Counted from the first letter of the whole stretch, positions 35,072 to 49,631 are shown. The stretch is DNA of 63,703 bases, filler included, from Octopus bimaculoides (GCF_001194135.2; 6 parts of 6 records of this genome joined end to end with filler, not necessarily neighbours in it), one strand, 5' to 3'. The notes: a model not told the origin generated them from the letters alone. Translations and numbers: made by a program.

Positions 35072-38000
35072 GTCTCTCTACATATGTATGAATATAAGTA
35101 TAAAACATTCAGACAGATAGATGCCGTACTAACATATTTCCGCCTAAATATCTAAATCCATATATTTACACACACACACACACACAGACACACACACACA
35201 CATACACACACACACACACATATATATACATATTGACACACATATATATAAGCATGCATACACACATAAATACATATATATATATATATATATTTATAGA
35301 TAGATAGATAGATGCAGGTACTACCATATCTCTGTAGAGGTACATAAATCCATATNNNNNNNNNNNNNNNNNNNNNNNNNNNNNNNNNNNNNNNNNNNNN
35401 NNNNNNNNNNNNNNNNNNNNNNNNNNNNNNNNNNNNNNNNNNNNNNNNNNNNNNNNNNNNNNNNNNNNNNNNNNNNNNNNNNNNNNNNNNNNNNNNNNNN
35501 NNNNNNNNNNNNNNNNNNNNNNNNNNNNNNNNNNNNNNNNNNNNNNNNNNNNNNNNNNNNNNNNNNNNNNNNNNNNNNNNNNNNNNNNNNNNNNNNNNNN
35601 NNNNNNNNNNNNNNNNNNNNNNNNNNNNNNNNNNNNNNNNNNNNNNNNNNNNNNNNNNNNNNNNNNNNNNNNNNNNNNNNNNNNNNNNNNNNNNNNNNNN
35701 NNNNNNNNNNNNNNNNNNNNNNNNNNNNNNNNNNNNNNNNNNNNNNNNNNNNNNNNNNNNNNNNNNNNNNNNNNNNNNNNNNNNNNNNNNNNNNNNNNNN
35801 NNNNATATATATATATATATATAGATATATATGTATTTGACTGTGTACATATGTGTGCGTGTGTTTATATGTATGTGTGTATCTCTACGTATATTAAAAG
35901 TGTATATTCTGTGCCCCGTGTTTACGTACATTTAGAAATAATACGTATCAACATGGTGGACGAGTACAGTTTAATTGGGAGCATTCGAAAATTTAATATA
36001 TCGCAGCGTTGTGTCTCTTACTTTCATCTATTGATTCTTTAGACTGTAGCTATTGTATTAATCGAGATAATGTTCATATAACTACATACATACATTATAT
36101 ATATATATATATATGATAGTTAATAAATTGTATGGTATACTCCTGGTAGATTACCGGTAGAGCACATCCACGTCGTTCGTTGGTTATGATTTTTGCTATT
36201 GCTTTCCTATAAGAATGAAGCTGTATCCCTAGATTTGCCATACCTATGGACGAAAATCAAGGGGATATCAGGCTGTAATAAGTTGTGCGTAACGGAGATT
36301 ATCTTAACGAGATGTCTCTTGAAATAACTTAAGACACAACAAAACCGAAGGATACACCCAAACCACTTATGCAGTATCCCAACCATGAGGGCCAAATGCT
36401 AGATGGGTCGAAACGATCGTAGTGATCAATAAGAGTTCTTATATCTTCAATCATCCGTCATCCGTCTCTCTCATCATATATATATATATATATATANNNN
36501 NNNNNNNNNNNNNNNNNNNNNNNNNNNNNNNNNNNNNNNNNNNNNNNNNNNNNNNNNNNNNNNNNNNNNNNNNNNNNNNNNNNNNNNNNNNNNNNNNNNN
36601 NNNNNNNNNNNNNNNNNNNNNNNNNNNNNNNNNNNNNNNNNNNNNNNNNNNNNNNNNNNNNNNNNNNNNNNNNNNNNNNNNNNNNNNNNNNNNNNNNNNN
36701 NNNNNNNNNNNNNNNNNNNNNNNNNNNNNNNNNNNNNNNNNNNNNNNNNNNNNNNNNNNNNNNNNNNNNNNNNNNNNNNNNNNNNNNNNNNNNNNNNNNN
36801 NNNNNNNNNNNNNNNNNNNNNNNNNNNTTTAATGAAACTTGACACGTGAGTAGAACTAATGTCTGGAAACCTCATGGCATACTCACATTGTTGAAAAAAT
36901 TGATAATAGGGCCCCTGGAAGGGACCCTTATATATATATAATATATATATTTTAAAAATATATATATTTTTTAAAAACCAATGGAAATAATCCATTCATT
37001 TTCATAAATTATTGGGAATTCCTAAAAACAAGATCCTGTGTTAGACAGTTCGGTATTTTCTTTAAATGTGCAAAAACCGTTTTAAGGGCAACATACTTTG
37101 TATTTCTTATTATTGGATTAGCGAAACAATTATGAGAACGGAATGAAGGGATAAGCCCCGCTTTCCAAGGGAATTACCGGGTACGCCAGTTAGTATATAT
37201 ATATATTAATTGAAACATAAAATTAAAACATAAAATTAAAACATATTCTTTCACCTCGGCCACTATCTGGCATATACATGTACTTACAATTATCAAGTAT
37301 TACCTCTAAAATTTGCAATACCTATATATTAATATATATATTTGTGTGTGTGTGTGTGTGAAGTATTAATACTGTTTAGAACAGTAATAATGAGGTGGCT
37401 AGCAAGACTTCTGCCTAAACAAGTATAATATGAAATATTTGGAGAGAAGAAGGATAAAGATATTGATTGCTAAAAATGAATGCGAAAGCTTAAAAAAAAA
37501 CAATAAATTCTACGATAAATATACACACAAGCAATGCAATGAATACCCTAAAAATAGGCGTACCTTCAGGATGGAATTTGAAGGTGGTGTAATATATATA
37601 TATATACATTTATAATAATATTAGGGATAAAATCCAAAATTACAGGTAAAAACTCAATTAAAATCAATTTTTTTAAAAATTAAAATTAAATTAAGTTTAA
37701 CAGAATAAAATATATAGTTTTAGGGAAAAGAACCAAGGTTCATGAACCCAGTGATGAAAATCCACTGTCACATATAGAAAAATTAATAATTAAAAGCACA
37801 TTAAATGAGTATAATATAATACAAAGTAAATATCATAAGATAAAGATAATAATATATAAATTATATAAATTTATATAAATAAGGATAAGATCGATATTTA
37901 AATATCGATTTTATCATGTGGCCAACATGAGAATAAAAACCATCAGAGATAATAATTATTTAAAATTATAATTAATTTATGGCTGAAGGCGCTTACCTTA

Positions 38001-38349
38001 AGTGCCGAAATCACGTGGTTCCAAAGCAGGCTTCTTAACCGCAAAATCCAAGGGAAATAACTCAAGGTGACTAATGACTCATTGCAGGTTGGGTAATTTA
38101 CATCACATCTTCAACAGGCGGAAGTAATTTTAATAAAAATCAGGAATTTATGTTGTATGGTATTCGATATACCTGCGTTACTTGACGTTAGCTAAATAAA
38201 TAAATAAATAAATAAATAGAGAGGTGAATGAATAAATAATTAAATAGATCAGGATTTTAAAAAAAGCGGGGGGGGGGAGACAAGTATAAAGAATTATAGA
38301 AGAGAATTCCACAAAAATCGAATAGTGACAAGCATAGAGGTGCAATTAT

Positions 38350-38356
38350 AATTACG

Positions 38357-38411
<55 letters not shown>

Positions 38412-39575
38412 TGATGATGATGATGATAATAATAACAATGATGATGATGAGGATGATGATCATGATTATGATACTATAATGAGAAGTTGTCAGATCAAAG
38501 ACTTTGTCTAAATTATGAAATATTAAATATAAAATAAATTTTCAAAGGAACAGACGACAGTCTTTGGCGAATGCTTTAAGGGCTTTCTTGTGTTCTTTCT
38601 CCTTCTTCTCTCTTCGTCTTTTACGTTTCTTAGTTCTCTTTGCCTGATTTTTTGTTTTTGTTTTTGTTTTTTTATTTCTTTCTTTTGTTCTTGCGTTTGT
38701 TTTCCTTTTCTTTTTTCTTTTCCCAGTACCACTTCGATTTCTTGGAAGTACGACTCTTCTACCTCTCCCTTTTTTTTCTTTCTTTACTTCTTCATCAGTG
38801 TCATCTTCTTCTTCTTCTTCTTCTTCTTCTNNNNNNNNNNTAGTAGTAGTATCAATGGTAGCGATGGTTGTAGTAGAAGTAGTAATAATAGCAGCAGTAA
38901 TATCAGCAGTGGTGGTGTTGCTGGTGTTGGTAGTAGTTAAAATAGTAGTAGTAGTAGTAGTAGCCATCGTCGTAAATTGCATTAATAGTCAAATGATAGT
39001 TTCTGATTGTTGTTGCTGTTAATGTCACTATTCAGTGTTGGTATTGTCCACACTAGTTTTCCCTATTGTTGTTGTTGTTTTGGTTGAAGTTGTCGGTATG
39101 GCTGACATTGTTGTAGTTTCTGTCAAAGTTTTTGTTATGGCAGTGTTGTGTCACTAATTTCGTTGTCGTTGTTACTTTCGTTTCTCAGATGATCCATATT
39201 CTTGTTGTCATTCATGTTGTCGTTTTAATGAGCATTTAAAAAACAAAAAATAATTTTATCATTTCATTTTACGTAAATCACCACACATTGGATCTGTTGC
39301 CATCATTCGCCCTGGTGGCAAATAAATAAAATCATTATTATTATTGTTATTATTACATACAAGGAGGCATGCTGGCAGAATCGTTAGTACGTCGGGCAAA
39401 ATACCTCGTGGTATTTCGTTCTTCCCTACGTTCTGAGTTCAAATTTTGTCGAGGTCGACTTTGCCTTTCATCCTTTCAGGGTCGATAAATTAAGTACCAT
39501 TGAAACACTGAGGTCGAGGTAATCGACAAGTCCCCTCCCCCAAAATTTCATTCCTTGTGCCTATAATAGAAAGGA

Positions 39576-39613
<38 letters not shown>

Positions 39614-40206
39614 GTTGTTGTTGTTGTTATTATTATTATTATTAATATTATTGTTATTATTATTATTATGCTGTATCATGATTTTTATATTGTCCTCCAC
39701 ATCTTGGGCCCTTGTGACCGATAAAAGGACCATCATCACCAAAATAATAATAATAATAATAATATTAATTATTATTATTATTATTATTATCATCATTATT
39801 ATTATTATTATTATTACTTTCTGAAATCATATATAAAAGAAATCATTATTATTGTTGTTGTTATTGCTGTTGTTGTTATTGTTCTCTGTGGTTTTAATTC
39901 CAACACGAAATTATGTGATCTCCTCCCTTTTATCTCCCCCTTAATTGATCTCAACCCCACTTTTTCAATCAACGACCGCCCCCTAGAAATATTGCTACGA
40001 AACACCTTAACCACCTTCAAAGTAAGATTAAAAAAAAAAAAAGATTATTGAGAAAAAAAATTCTGAAAAGAAAATAACAACAATAATAATAACAACAACA
40101 AGAACAACAACAACATTAATAATAAAAATAATAATAATGATAATAATAATAATGATTTTTTTTATTAACCACAGTTGAAGGGACTGCATTAAAAGAATCT
40201 AATTAC

Positions 40207-40246
<40 letters not shown>

Positions 40247-40753
40247 GTTATTATTATTATTATTATTATTATTTTATTATTATTATTATTAATTACAGAG
40301 GCGGTGAACTGGCACAATCGCTAGTACGCCTGCAAAATGCTTAGCGATATTTCGTCTTTCGCCACGTTCTGAGTTCNNNNNNNNNNGGGGGGGGGGTCGA
40401 TAAATTATGTACCAGACAAACACTGGGATCGATGTAATCGACAAATAGCCTCCCACCAAAATTTGAGACCTTGTGCCTATTAGTAAAAAGGGGCAACAGG
40501 TCACGGGGTCAATAACGATAGGGATAATAATAATGATAATATTATCATGATAATAATAAAAATGATAGTAATAACCAGTGATATTATTATCATGCATTAT
40601 TATTATTTATTATTATTATTATTATTATTACCATTATTATTATTATTATTATCATTAATATTATTATTATTATTATTATTATTATTATCATCGCTTTTAT
40701 CATTATCATTATTGACCCGTGATCTTTTGCCCTTGTGGCAAATAATTAAATAA

Positions 40754-40814
<61 letters not shown>

Positions 40815-40890
40815 GATAATAATAATCATCATCATTATCATTAATCATTATCTACTATTACAAATTTATTAGTTTTATTATTATTATTAA

Positions 40891-40930
<40 letters not shown>

Positions 40931-41100
40931 GTTGTTGGTGTTGTTGTTGTTGTTGTTATCATTTACTCTTTCAGCAGTTGACATTTCCAATAATGTCTTT
41001 CTTTCATTAGCCACAACCTACTTACTCCGCCTAAACTGAATTTTCTTTTTTTTTTCTTCCTAATTTCAATTCATCTGTTTTTTCCTTTTTTTATTATTAT
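38350..41100. repeat. Trinucleotide-rich low-complexity region ((AAT)n, (GAT)n, (CTT)n, (GTA)n, (TTA)n) with family-A SINEs at ~39365-39570 and ~40297-40490
   Basis: Direct inspection. Confidence 0.9.
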
Positions 41101-41162
41101 TTGTACTTCTAATTATTTTTATTCAATATTTCACTTTGAAAGGTGTGAGCGCAGAGACATTC

Positions 41163-41262
41163 NNNNNNNNNNNNNNNNNNNNNNNNNNNNNNNNNNNNNN
41201 NNNNNNTTAATTAATTAANNNNNNNNNNNNNNNNNNNNNNNNNNNNNNNNNNNNNNNNNNNN
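41163..41262. other. Artificial scaffold-join spacer
   Basis: 44 N + TTAATTAATTAA (41207-41218) + 44 N. Confidence 0.95.
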
Positions 41263-41628
41263 ACTTGTTTCAGTCATTTGACCATGGCCGTGCTGGAGCA
41301 CTGCCTTTAGTTGTACAAATTGACCCTAAGACTCATTCTTTGTAAGCCAAGTACTTATTCTGTCAGTCTCTTTTGCCAAACTGCTAAGTGATGGGGACGT
41401 AAACACACCAGCATAAGTTGTCAAAGCGATGGGGTGAGACAAAACAGACACACATACAAACATATATATATATATATACATATATGGCTTCTTTCAGTTT
41501 TGGTCCACCAAATCCACTCACAAGGCTTTAGTCGCCCCAAGGCTTTAGTCACCCCAAGGCTATAGCAGAAGATGTATACATGTATATATATATATATATG
41601 AAGATCCACTGTTAAAGTCTGTCATATC

Positions 41629-41668
41629 GGCCATGACGAAGGGAAATAGCCCTGAAACTCAAGTCGCC
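41629..41668 (+). ncRNA. Minimal type-I hammerhead-ribozyme-like motif with a one-base core insertion
   Basis: GGC-C(a)TGACGA-AGGG aaatag CCCT-GAAAC-tcaa-GTC-GCC. All helices pair; the core differs from CUGANGA by one extra A. Confidence 0.5.
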
Positions 41669-41977
41669 TTTATATATTTATATTTATATTTATATATTTG
41701 ATCCTTTATATTGAACACTCAATATTTCATCTACATTCAATACTTTATTTCATGGTGCCATCCATTTTTATTTTATTTTATTTTATATTATATATTGTAT
41801 ATTATATTATATATTGTATATTCCATATTCTATACCCCACATTGGTTCTGCAGGAATATAAATAAAACATATAAAACAGACAGTGTTGGAACTCTTTTAA
41901 ACAAAATAATATATTCCTCTATACACAATCATACAAAAAACCCACCTTTTTTGTATTTATTTTTACTCGCACATATA

Positions 41978-42036
<59 letters not shown>

Positions 42037-43712
42037 CAAGGTGCCACACAGTGGGACTGAACCAAGAATCATGTGGTTGGGAAACAAGCTACTTACAACA
42101 AAGCCACTCCTGTGCCTATATATAAAATCATTCAACCTGCGGTAACATGCAAAACAGATGTTACATGATGATGATGATGATGATGACGATGATATAAATA
42201 TATATATATATATATAGATATATCTATATATATCTAATGCAACTATTGCAACATAACTTAGTTTATTGCAACACTCAGTAACATAATGGCAATAATACAG
42301 CTTTCAGACTGATATAATGGCAATGATATTGCTTTTAGTGTCTGAGTCAGCTGTATCATTATTGTTGTGGTCTTGAAAATGAAGATCCACTATCCATGTC
42401 ACTCGGTAGCTATTGTCAATTCAGAGAGGCCAAGGAGTTCCAATCTGACTACTCCTGTCTAATCAGTTTATCTAGCTTGCCATAAAAACTATGAGAAGTT
42501 AGAGATAACTTATCATCTTCAGCAGCAGCATCATTTAATGGGTTGGATGGTTTGACCAGGGCTGGTAAGCTGGGGGGGGGGGGGCTGTACCAGATGCCAG
42601 TCTGATTTAGCATGGTTTCTATGGCTGGATGCCCTTCCTAACGTGAACCACCCTGAGAGTATAATGGGTGCTTTTATGTGCCACCAGCACAGGTGCCAGT
42701 TACATGACACCAGTGTTTGTCGTGACTACGATTTCACTTGGCTTGATGGATCTTCTCAAGCACAGCATATTGCCAAAAGTCTTGGTCATTTGTCATTGTC
42801 TCAATAAGGCCCAATACTTATAAGGTGCTTTTTATATGCTACCAGTATGGGTGGTAATTCTGCGAATCTGACATCAACCACATTGCTTCCATGAGGCCCA
42901 GTTGTTATGAGAAATAATGATAATGTCTTGTAAGTGGTTCTTTAGTCATGGTGGAACCCTAAATGGGTCGGCCTGTGAGTGACCATCCCCTTTTTTTATA
43001 TTAGAAGCTACCTTTCTATATCAGAATCTCCTTCCTGTTTTTAAGATCATATGTGATTTGATGAATGACTGAGTTCTATTTTTAACACTGTATGTGATCA
43101 GAACAGTAGGCGTGAGAAGATCCTTGCCCATAGGCAGGGCCTCTTCAAGGGAAGGGTTCAGAAGACATGTAGGTTTGGTACCTGGAGAGGCTAAAGAGCA
43201 CTGATGACTATTTGCTACACCAATCCCTAAAATCATAGACAAACCTCACAATTCTGAAATACTATTCCCTTCCAGGGCCCACCATACAGTTTTGTGTTAC
43301 TTTGGTAAATTTCTTTAGGAGGCCCTACTTTTGGGTGAAATTTTTCCCACATGTAAATTTGAAATTACTTAAATTTTCAAAATTCTGATGATGATGATGA
43401 TGGCAAAGATGATGAGAACGACAATGGCAGGGATGATGATGATGATGATGGAGTGGAGACTAGTGTCTGTGAAGAAGAAGAAGAAGAAGAAGAAGAAAAA
43501 GAAATCCTACCCCCTACCCCAATATTAGAACTGTTTCCCTCTCCTGTTGTAGGGCTCTGCCATTAACATGAGTGGACACTGTTTTGTTAGCTGGTAGTTG
43601 TGAGTTCAATCCCATTCAGAAACTACCCCACTAGTCACAGGCCTTTTCTGGGTAAAATTTACAAGAAGTAAATTCTGACAAATGGACAACTACTAGTTTC
43701 CTTATCTAATGC

Positions 43713-43750
<38 letters not shown>

Positions 43751-44026
43751 AAAATTCCATGGTGATGATTCTAAGAGTTCACCCTGTACCTTCATCTCAA
43801 AGTTAATGAGCTAAGTGTTTTAAAATTTTAGCACAAAGCCAGCAATTTTAGGGGAAGAGGTTTAGCCAATTGTATCAACCCCAGTATCTAACTGGTATTT
43901 TATCTTATTGATGCCAGGATAGTTGGCCGTGATAGAATTTGAACTCAGAATGTAAATAAATGTGAAGAAATACCTCAAGACAGTTTATCCGCTGCACTAA
44001 TGGTTCTACCAGCTTGTTGTAGTAAT

Positions 44027-44072
<46 letters not shown>

Positions 44073-45002
44073 GTGGTGGTGGTGGTGGTGGTGAATATGA
44101 TGATGATGATGATAAAGGAAAAGACTTCTTTTTTTTTACTTCTGGTTTATTCTGCAACAGGGTATCTTTAACCAATCACTCGACCAGCTAGAAATAGCAG
44201 CCTCTCAAATATCAACCTGCCATTGTACAAAACAATAGATTGTTCATGGCTTGGGCCAGTGTTGACCTGGGGCTAAACAACAACTCTAGACTATTAAAAG
44301 ATAATATCTAAGTATTTTGTAGAAAATCAATAGAATAGTGTCTGGTTATGATTTTATTTTTCATTACATATGTGAAGTACTTGTAAATATACTTAAAGCC
44401 AAATTGGATAACTGTTTTCATCCCGAGAATATTACAGGTATTTCATAAAGAACAGTCAATGGTAAAAGTAGTGAGTGACAAGTAAAGTCAGATTGTCAAA
44501 AGCGTGATTCAAAATCTGAAAAGAACAAAAACAAAAAAAGTACCAAACTGGATAAGGGAGGCTGTACATGGTCTCTTGACTTGCTAGAAATAGCAATCGA
44601 ATCTCTCTCATGTTACACCTTAAAGTCTTAAAAACCCGAAAGGAGACATTTGATAATGTAATTCTAGACAGGTAATATTAGGCTGAAGAAAAGAAAGAGG
44701 TAAAAATGGGATAGTCACAACTTAAATGCATTTTGATCATAGATCTGATTGATTTGGATAGACCTGAGACTAAATGATCTGAAAAACTAAATTTAGTCTA
44801 GCCACTCTCTCACATTACAACCCTCTGTTCCCACCACCACCACCACCACCACTTACTCCATCAAATTCTTATTGCTTTCCTTCTTTTTCTTCCTATATCA
44901 TATACCACTGGAACAATAAACCATTCCATCTACCACTCCTAGAAAAGAAAAGAAAAAAACATCACATGCACACACACACACATACACAAATTAATAATAA
45001 TG

Positions 45003-45114
<112 letters not shown>

Positions 45115-47004
45115 TAATAATGTATAGCAAAAAGATAAAAAAATAAAATAAATTACAATAAAATAAAATAATATAAAATAAATTCAACAATTTTTATTTT
45201 AAAAACAAAAAAAAAAAACAGGTAGGAAAAGAGCAAAGTTGATGGGAATCAGCTATTAATCCAGGTAATTTGTTAAAAGCTCAAGTTTGATTCATCCTCT
45301 GCCATTTACCAACATTGATTACTGTAATTAGGAAATCTATGACAGAACTCAATTGACTTTCTGTATCAGTCATCATCACCCCACCACTACCACCAACACC
45401 ATATATTTGCCACTACCACTACCATTACCACCTACACCACAGCTTTTTTCTCTTCTATAAGATTTAAGGTTAAGAAGAGAGCCATTTGATTTAAGGATGG
45501 GTAGTGAATGTTTTTATTGAAGAATTCTATTTTTATGCAGTTCCATGTGTTTAATTGATTACACAAACACACAATGTACACTAATATGTACGATCAGACA
45601 CATATACCCACACCATATACATATATATGTCTTATCCTTATCACATACATGTAAATGTATATTATTAGAAAACATTTATTCACTCACACTCACATACATA
45701 TACACACATGAAATCACTTAAAAATAGAAACACTCACACACACGCATACCCACGTTTATGGTTATATAAATAAGGGTTTATGGCTTGTTACTCTTAAAAA
45801 GAAACTAGATTTCTCTTGGAGATAATCTAAAAGACAAGCTGAAAACGACAGGTTGTGAAAAGATACTGAAGACAGGCTTTCGAAGAAATACTAAAGACAG
45901 GATCTGATGAAACATTGAACACAGGATTCGAAGAGTGGCAGAAGCCAATCAGAAGATAGACTGAAGAAAAGTTCAAGAGAGATTGAAGAGAGATTAAGAA
46001 ACTTGATAGAAATCAGATTCAAAAATACAAGAAAGAAATCAAAAATAGATGGAAAAAGGAAACATAAAAAAAAAAAGAAACAGAGATTCGAGGATTCACT
46101 GAAGCTAGACAAAACAAATACTGACATTAGATAGAAAGGAAACTGAAGAATCTCTGCAGTCAGTAAGTTTCAGTTGAGGGCAAATTGAATAGAAGAAATT
46201 GAGAAAAATCTGAAGAAAGACAGAAAGCTGACCACAGACATACAGACCAAAGTACAAGAGTTAGAAAAAGTAAAAAAAGAGACAAGACTAGAAAGAAACC
46301 AGTATTGTTAAGGTATGTGTTATAGAAATTATATTGTGTATTGAAACAATTGAAACATCATGGGGCAAGATAATGTATGTAAATATAGAGATGTCACTCG
46401 GAAACAGGTGAGGGCTGGCATCAAGAAGGGCATCCAACCATAGAAAACCTGCCACGCAAACAGTGCTGCACACACACATATATATATATATATATACAGC
46501 ATTTATACACACACACATATATATATACACACACACACACATATATATACACACACACACACACACATATATACACACACACACACACTGGTACATTTTG
46601 GGATAGTCACTTTTTTTCTTTTTTGCCAAATAAAAACATGCACTATGTATTTGTTCTTCACTTCAGCTTTATTATTATTATTCTTATTCTAGTGTCCTTT
46701 GTCAGAAATCTTTTGTCACACATTCCGTGAGCTCATCAGCAACTCTCCATCCCATGTGACTAAATGGACAGGAGGAGACATGTGGGATGGAGAGTTGCTG
46801 AAGAGGTCACAGGATGTATGACAAAAGACTTCAGACAAATGACAATAAAATAAGAAGAATAGTCAGGCTGTATTGAAGAACAAGTATGTAGTGTGTGTGT
46901 GTGTATGTATGTGTGTGGTTAATTGGCAAAAAGAAAAAATATGACAATCCCAAAATATAACAATGTCTGTTTCAACACATAAATGTATATATATATATAT
47001 GTAC

Positions 47005-47055
<51 letters not shown>

Positions 47056-47304
47056 AAAGACTTTCTGTATTCCCGAGCGTCAAACTAATACATCCTTTTG
47101 TTGTTTACACCACCTGTCGTCGTCTGTTGTTTTTTTTCGTACATTCTCCTATATATATATATATGTGTATATATATATATATATATATAATATAATATAG
47201 GATGAAATATTTATAAGAATTTATCAAGTGGTCAGCGTGAAAAACCCCCATAAGGAAAAAAATCCATCATTTATTCCCTAGAATATATTTATTTACATTT
47301 ATAT

Positions 47305-47405
47305 AAGGGTATTACTATACAAGAATGCCTCACGCTAAACTGTGTTTATAAAATGTGTTTATTATGGTAGTTAAGTGTGAGGCATTCTTGTATAGTCATG
47401 CCCTT
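47305..47405. mobile_element. ~100-bp hairpin MITE-like element (half copy at 16651-16708)
   Basis: About 37-bp arms AAGGGTATTACTATACAAGAATGCCTCACGCTAAACT / AGTTAAGTGTGAGGCATTCTTGTATAGTCATGCCCTT. The right arm plus spacer recurs at 16.65-16.71 kb followed by TA. Confidence 0.7.
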
Positions 47406-47746
47406 CACAACTACACATACACACACACATACGTGCTATCATTACACACACACACAAACACCTCCTTCTCTTGCACTCCCCTGTCTTTGAAAAGAACTTT
47501 TTCTCCACCCTTTCCCTTCCAGTCATTCCAATATGTGACCGCATGTGCATCGTTGGCGATTTTCTTTCTCTGTCGCCCCTTCTTTGGACTTTTCCTATAT
47601 ATCCGGTCGAAATGTTAAATCCTCTTTCTTTCCTTTCCTTTCCTGTGCGTCCAATAACACTGTACTTATTTCATGTCCTCGCATTATTTTTACATGTCTT
47701 TTTGTTTTTTCTTGCTTGTTCATGTTGAAATTGACTATGTATATAT

Positions 47747-47846
47747 NNNNNNNNNNNNNNNNNNNNNNNNNNNNNNNNNNNNNNNNNNNNTTAATTAATT
47801 AANNNNNNNNNNNNNNNNNNNNNNNNNNNNNNNNNNNNNNNNNNNN
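47747..47846. other. Artificial scaffold-join spacer
   Basis: 44 N + TTAATTAATTAA (47791-47802) + 44 N. Confidence 0.95.
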
Positions 47847-47869
47847 TATATATATATGCATATATATAT

Positions 47870-47902
<33 letters not shown>

Positions 47903-47937
47903 TATATACATATATATATATATATACATATATACAT

Positions 47938-47971
<34 letters not shown>

Positions 47972-49038
47972 ATATATATACATATATACATATATATACA
48001 TATATATACATATATACATACATATATATACATATATACACATATATATACACACATATATATATATACACACACATACAAACACACACACATATACAGA
48101 TATAAGCATATATGAAATATGCATGTATATGTTGAATTTGAAAGAGATTGCCACATTCTTTGTGCAGTACATCAAGTGGATGTTATGGACAAGTTATTTT
48201 ACAATGATTAAATATATTGGATCTTTATTTGCAGAATATTAAAGCATATGATATTTGAATTAATGAAATAACTATATAATCAGAACCAAAATGCCGTTCT
48301 AAAAAATCATGTAGAGTTTTACAAAATAAATGACAATGTTCTGGTGACAAAATCAGAAAATTCAAAAGAGTTATCTAGTTTAATAAAAGTTTACATTCCT
48401 GTGAGTATATTACTTTATATACAGGTGAACATCAGCAATGGGGAAGGATATGAGAAAGGAAATGTGAGGGAGGGTTATGATAAATGTGTGAGGATAGATC
48501 TCACACCATCTCAGAAAATGGAGTTGCATAATGTATTGATAAGAGGAGAAAAGATAAAAAAAAATTGGCACAAAATAAATACAAAAAAAAAATAATAAAA
48601 CAAAATGAAAAATATAAAAGAAAAAAAAAACAAAAAGTAAAAACACTCTTTGGTAGCATCACACATTTGCTATTTGATATTTGCAGAAATCTAAACTGGT
48701 TTAACCTTCCTTTGTCGGGTTCTTAAATATTTTCGTAATTGTATTACAAAAGAGGTGTTTATGAAAGATATTATTGAAGTAGAATCATATTATAATAGTA
48801 AAAAAAAAAACAATGAAGAACAGAAAAGTGATGCTGCTGCTGATGATGATCATGATGATAACAACAACAACAACAATACGAATAATAATAATAATAAATT
48901 AAAAAAGTAGATTTACAAAATTGAAAAAAAATAATAAACAAAAAGCAATACATAATATATATGAATGTGTACATATGTGTATATACATATATATATACAC
49001 CTCTACACAAGTATGTATACATATCTACATGTATATAT

Positions 49039-49069
<31 letters not shown>

Positions 49070-49631
49070 ANNNNNNNNNNNNNNNNNNNNNNNNNNNNNN
49101 NNNNNNNNNNNNNNNNNNNNNNNNNNNNNNNNNNNNNNNNNNNNNNNNNNNNNNNNNNNNNNNNNNNNNNNNNNNNNNNNNNNNNNNNNNNNNNNNNNNN
49201 NNNNNNNNNNNNNNNNNNNNNNNNNNNNNNNNNNNNNNNNNNNNNNNNNNNNNNNNNNNNNNNNNNNNNNNNNNNNNNNNNNNNNNNNNNNNNNNNNNNN
49301 NNNNNNNNNNNNNNNNNNNNNNNNNNNNNNNNNNNNNNNNNNNNNNNNNNNNNNNNNNNNNNNNNNNNNNNNNNNNNNNNNNNNNNNNNNNNNNNNNNNN
49401 NNNNNNNNNNNNNNNNNNNNNNNNNNNNNNNNNNNNNNNNNNNNNNNNNNNNNNNNNNNNNNNNNNNNNNNNNNNNNNNNNNNNNNNNNNNNNNNNNNNN
49501 NNNNNNNNNNNNNNNNNNNNNNNNNNNNNNNNNNNNNNNNNNNNNNNNNNNNNNNNNNNNNNNNNNNNNNNNNNNNNNNNNNNNNNNNNNNNNNNNNNNN
49601 NNNNNNNNNNNNNNNNNNNNNNNNNNNNNNN

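Noticed and set aside
37141-37195. Another Helitron 3' end (CCGGGTACGCCAGTTAG|T)
   Set aside because: It ends TTAG rather than CTAG, the hairpin is weak and there is no second copy in the window.
48250-48595. ~110-codon open stretch (..TKSENSKELSSLIKVYIP..) as a host exon
   Set aside because: AT-rich, no recognisable family, no convincing splice pair, and it runs into poly-A low complexity.
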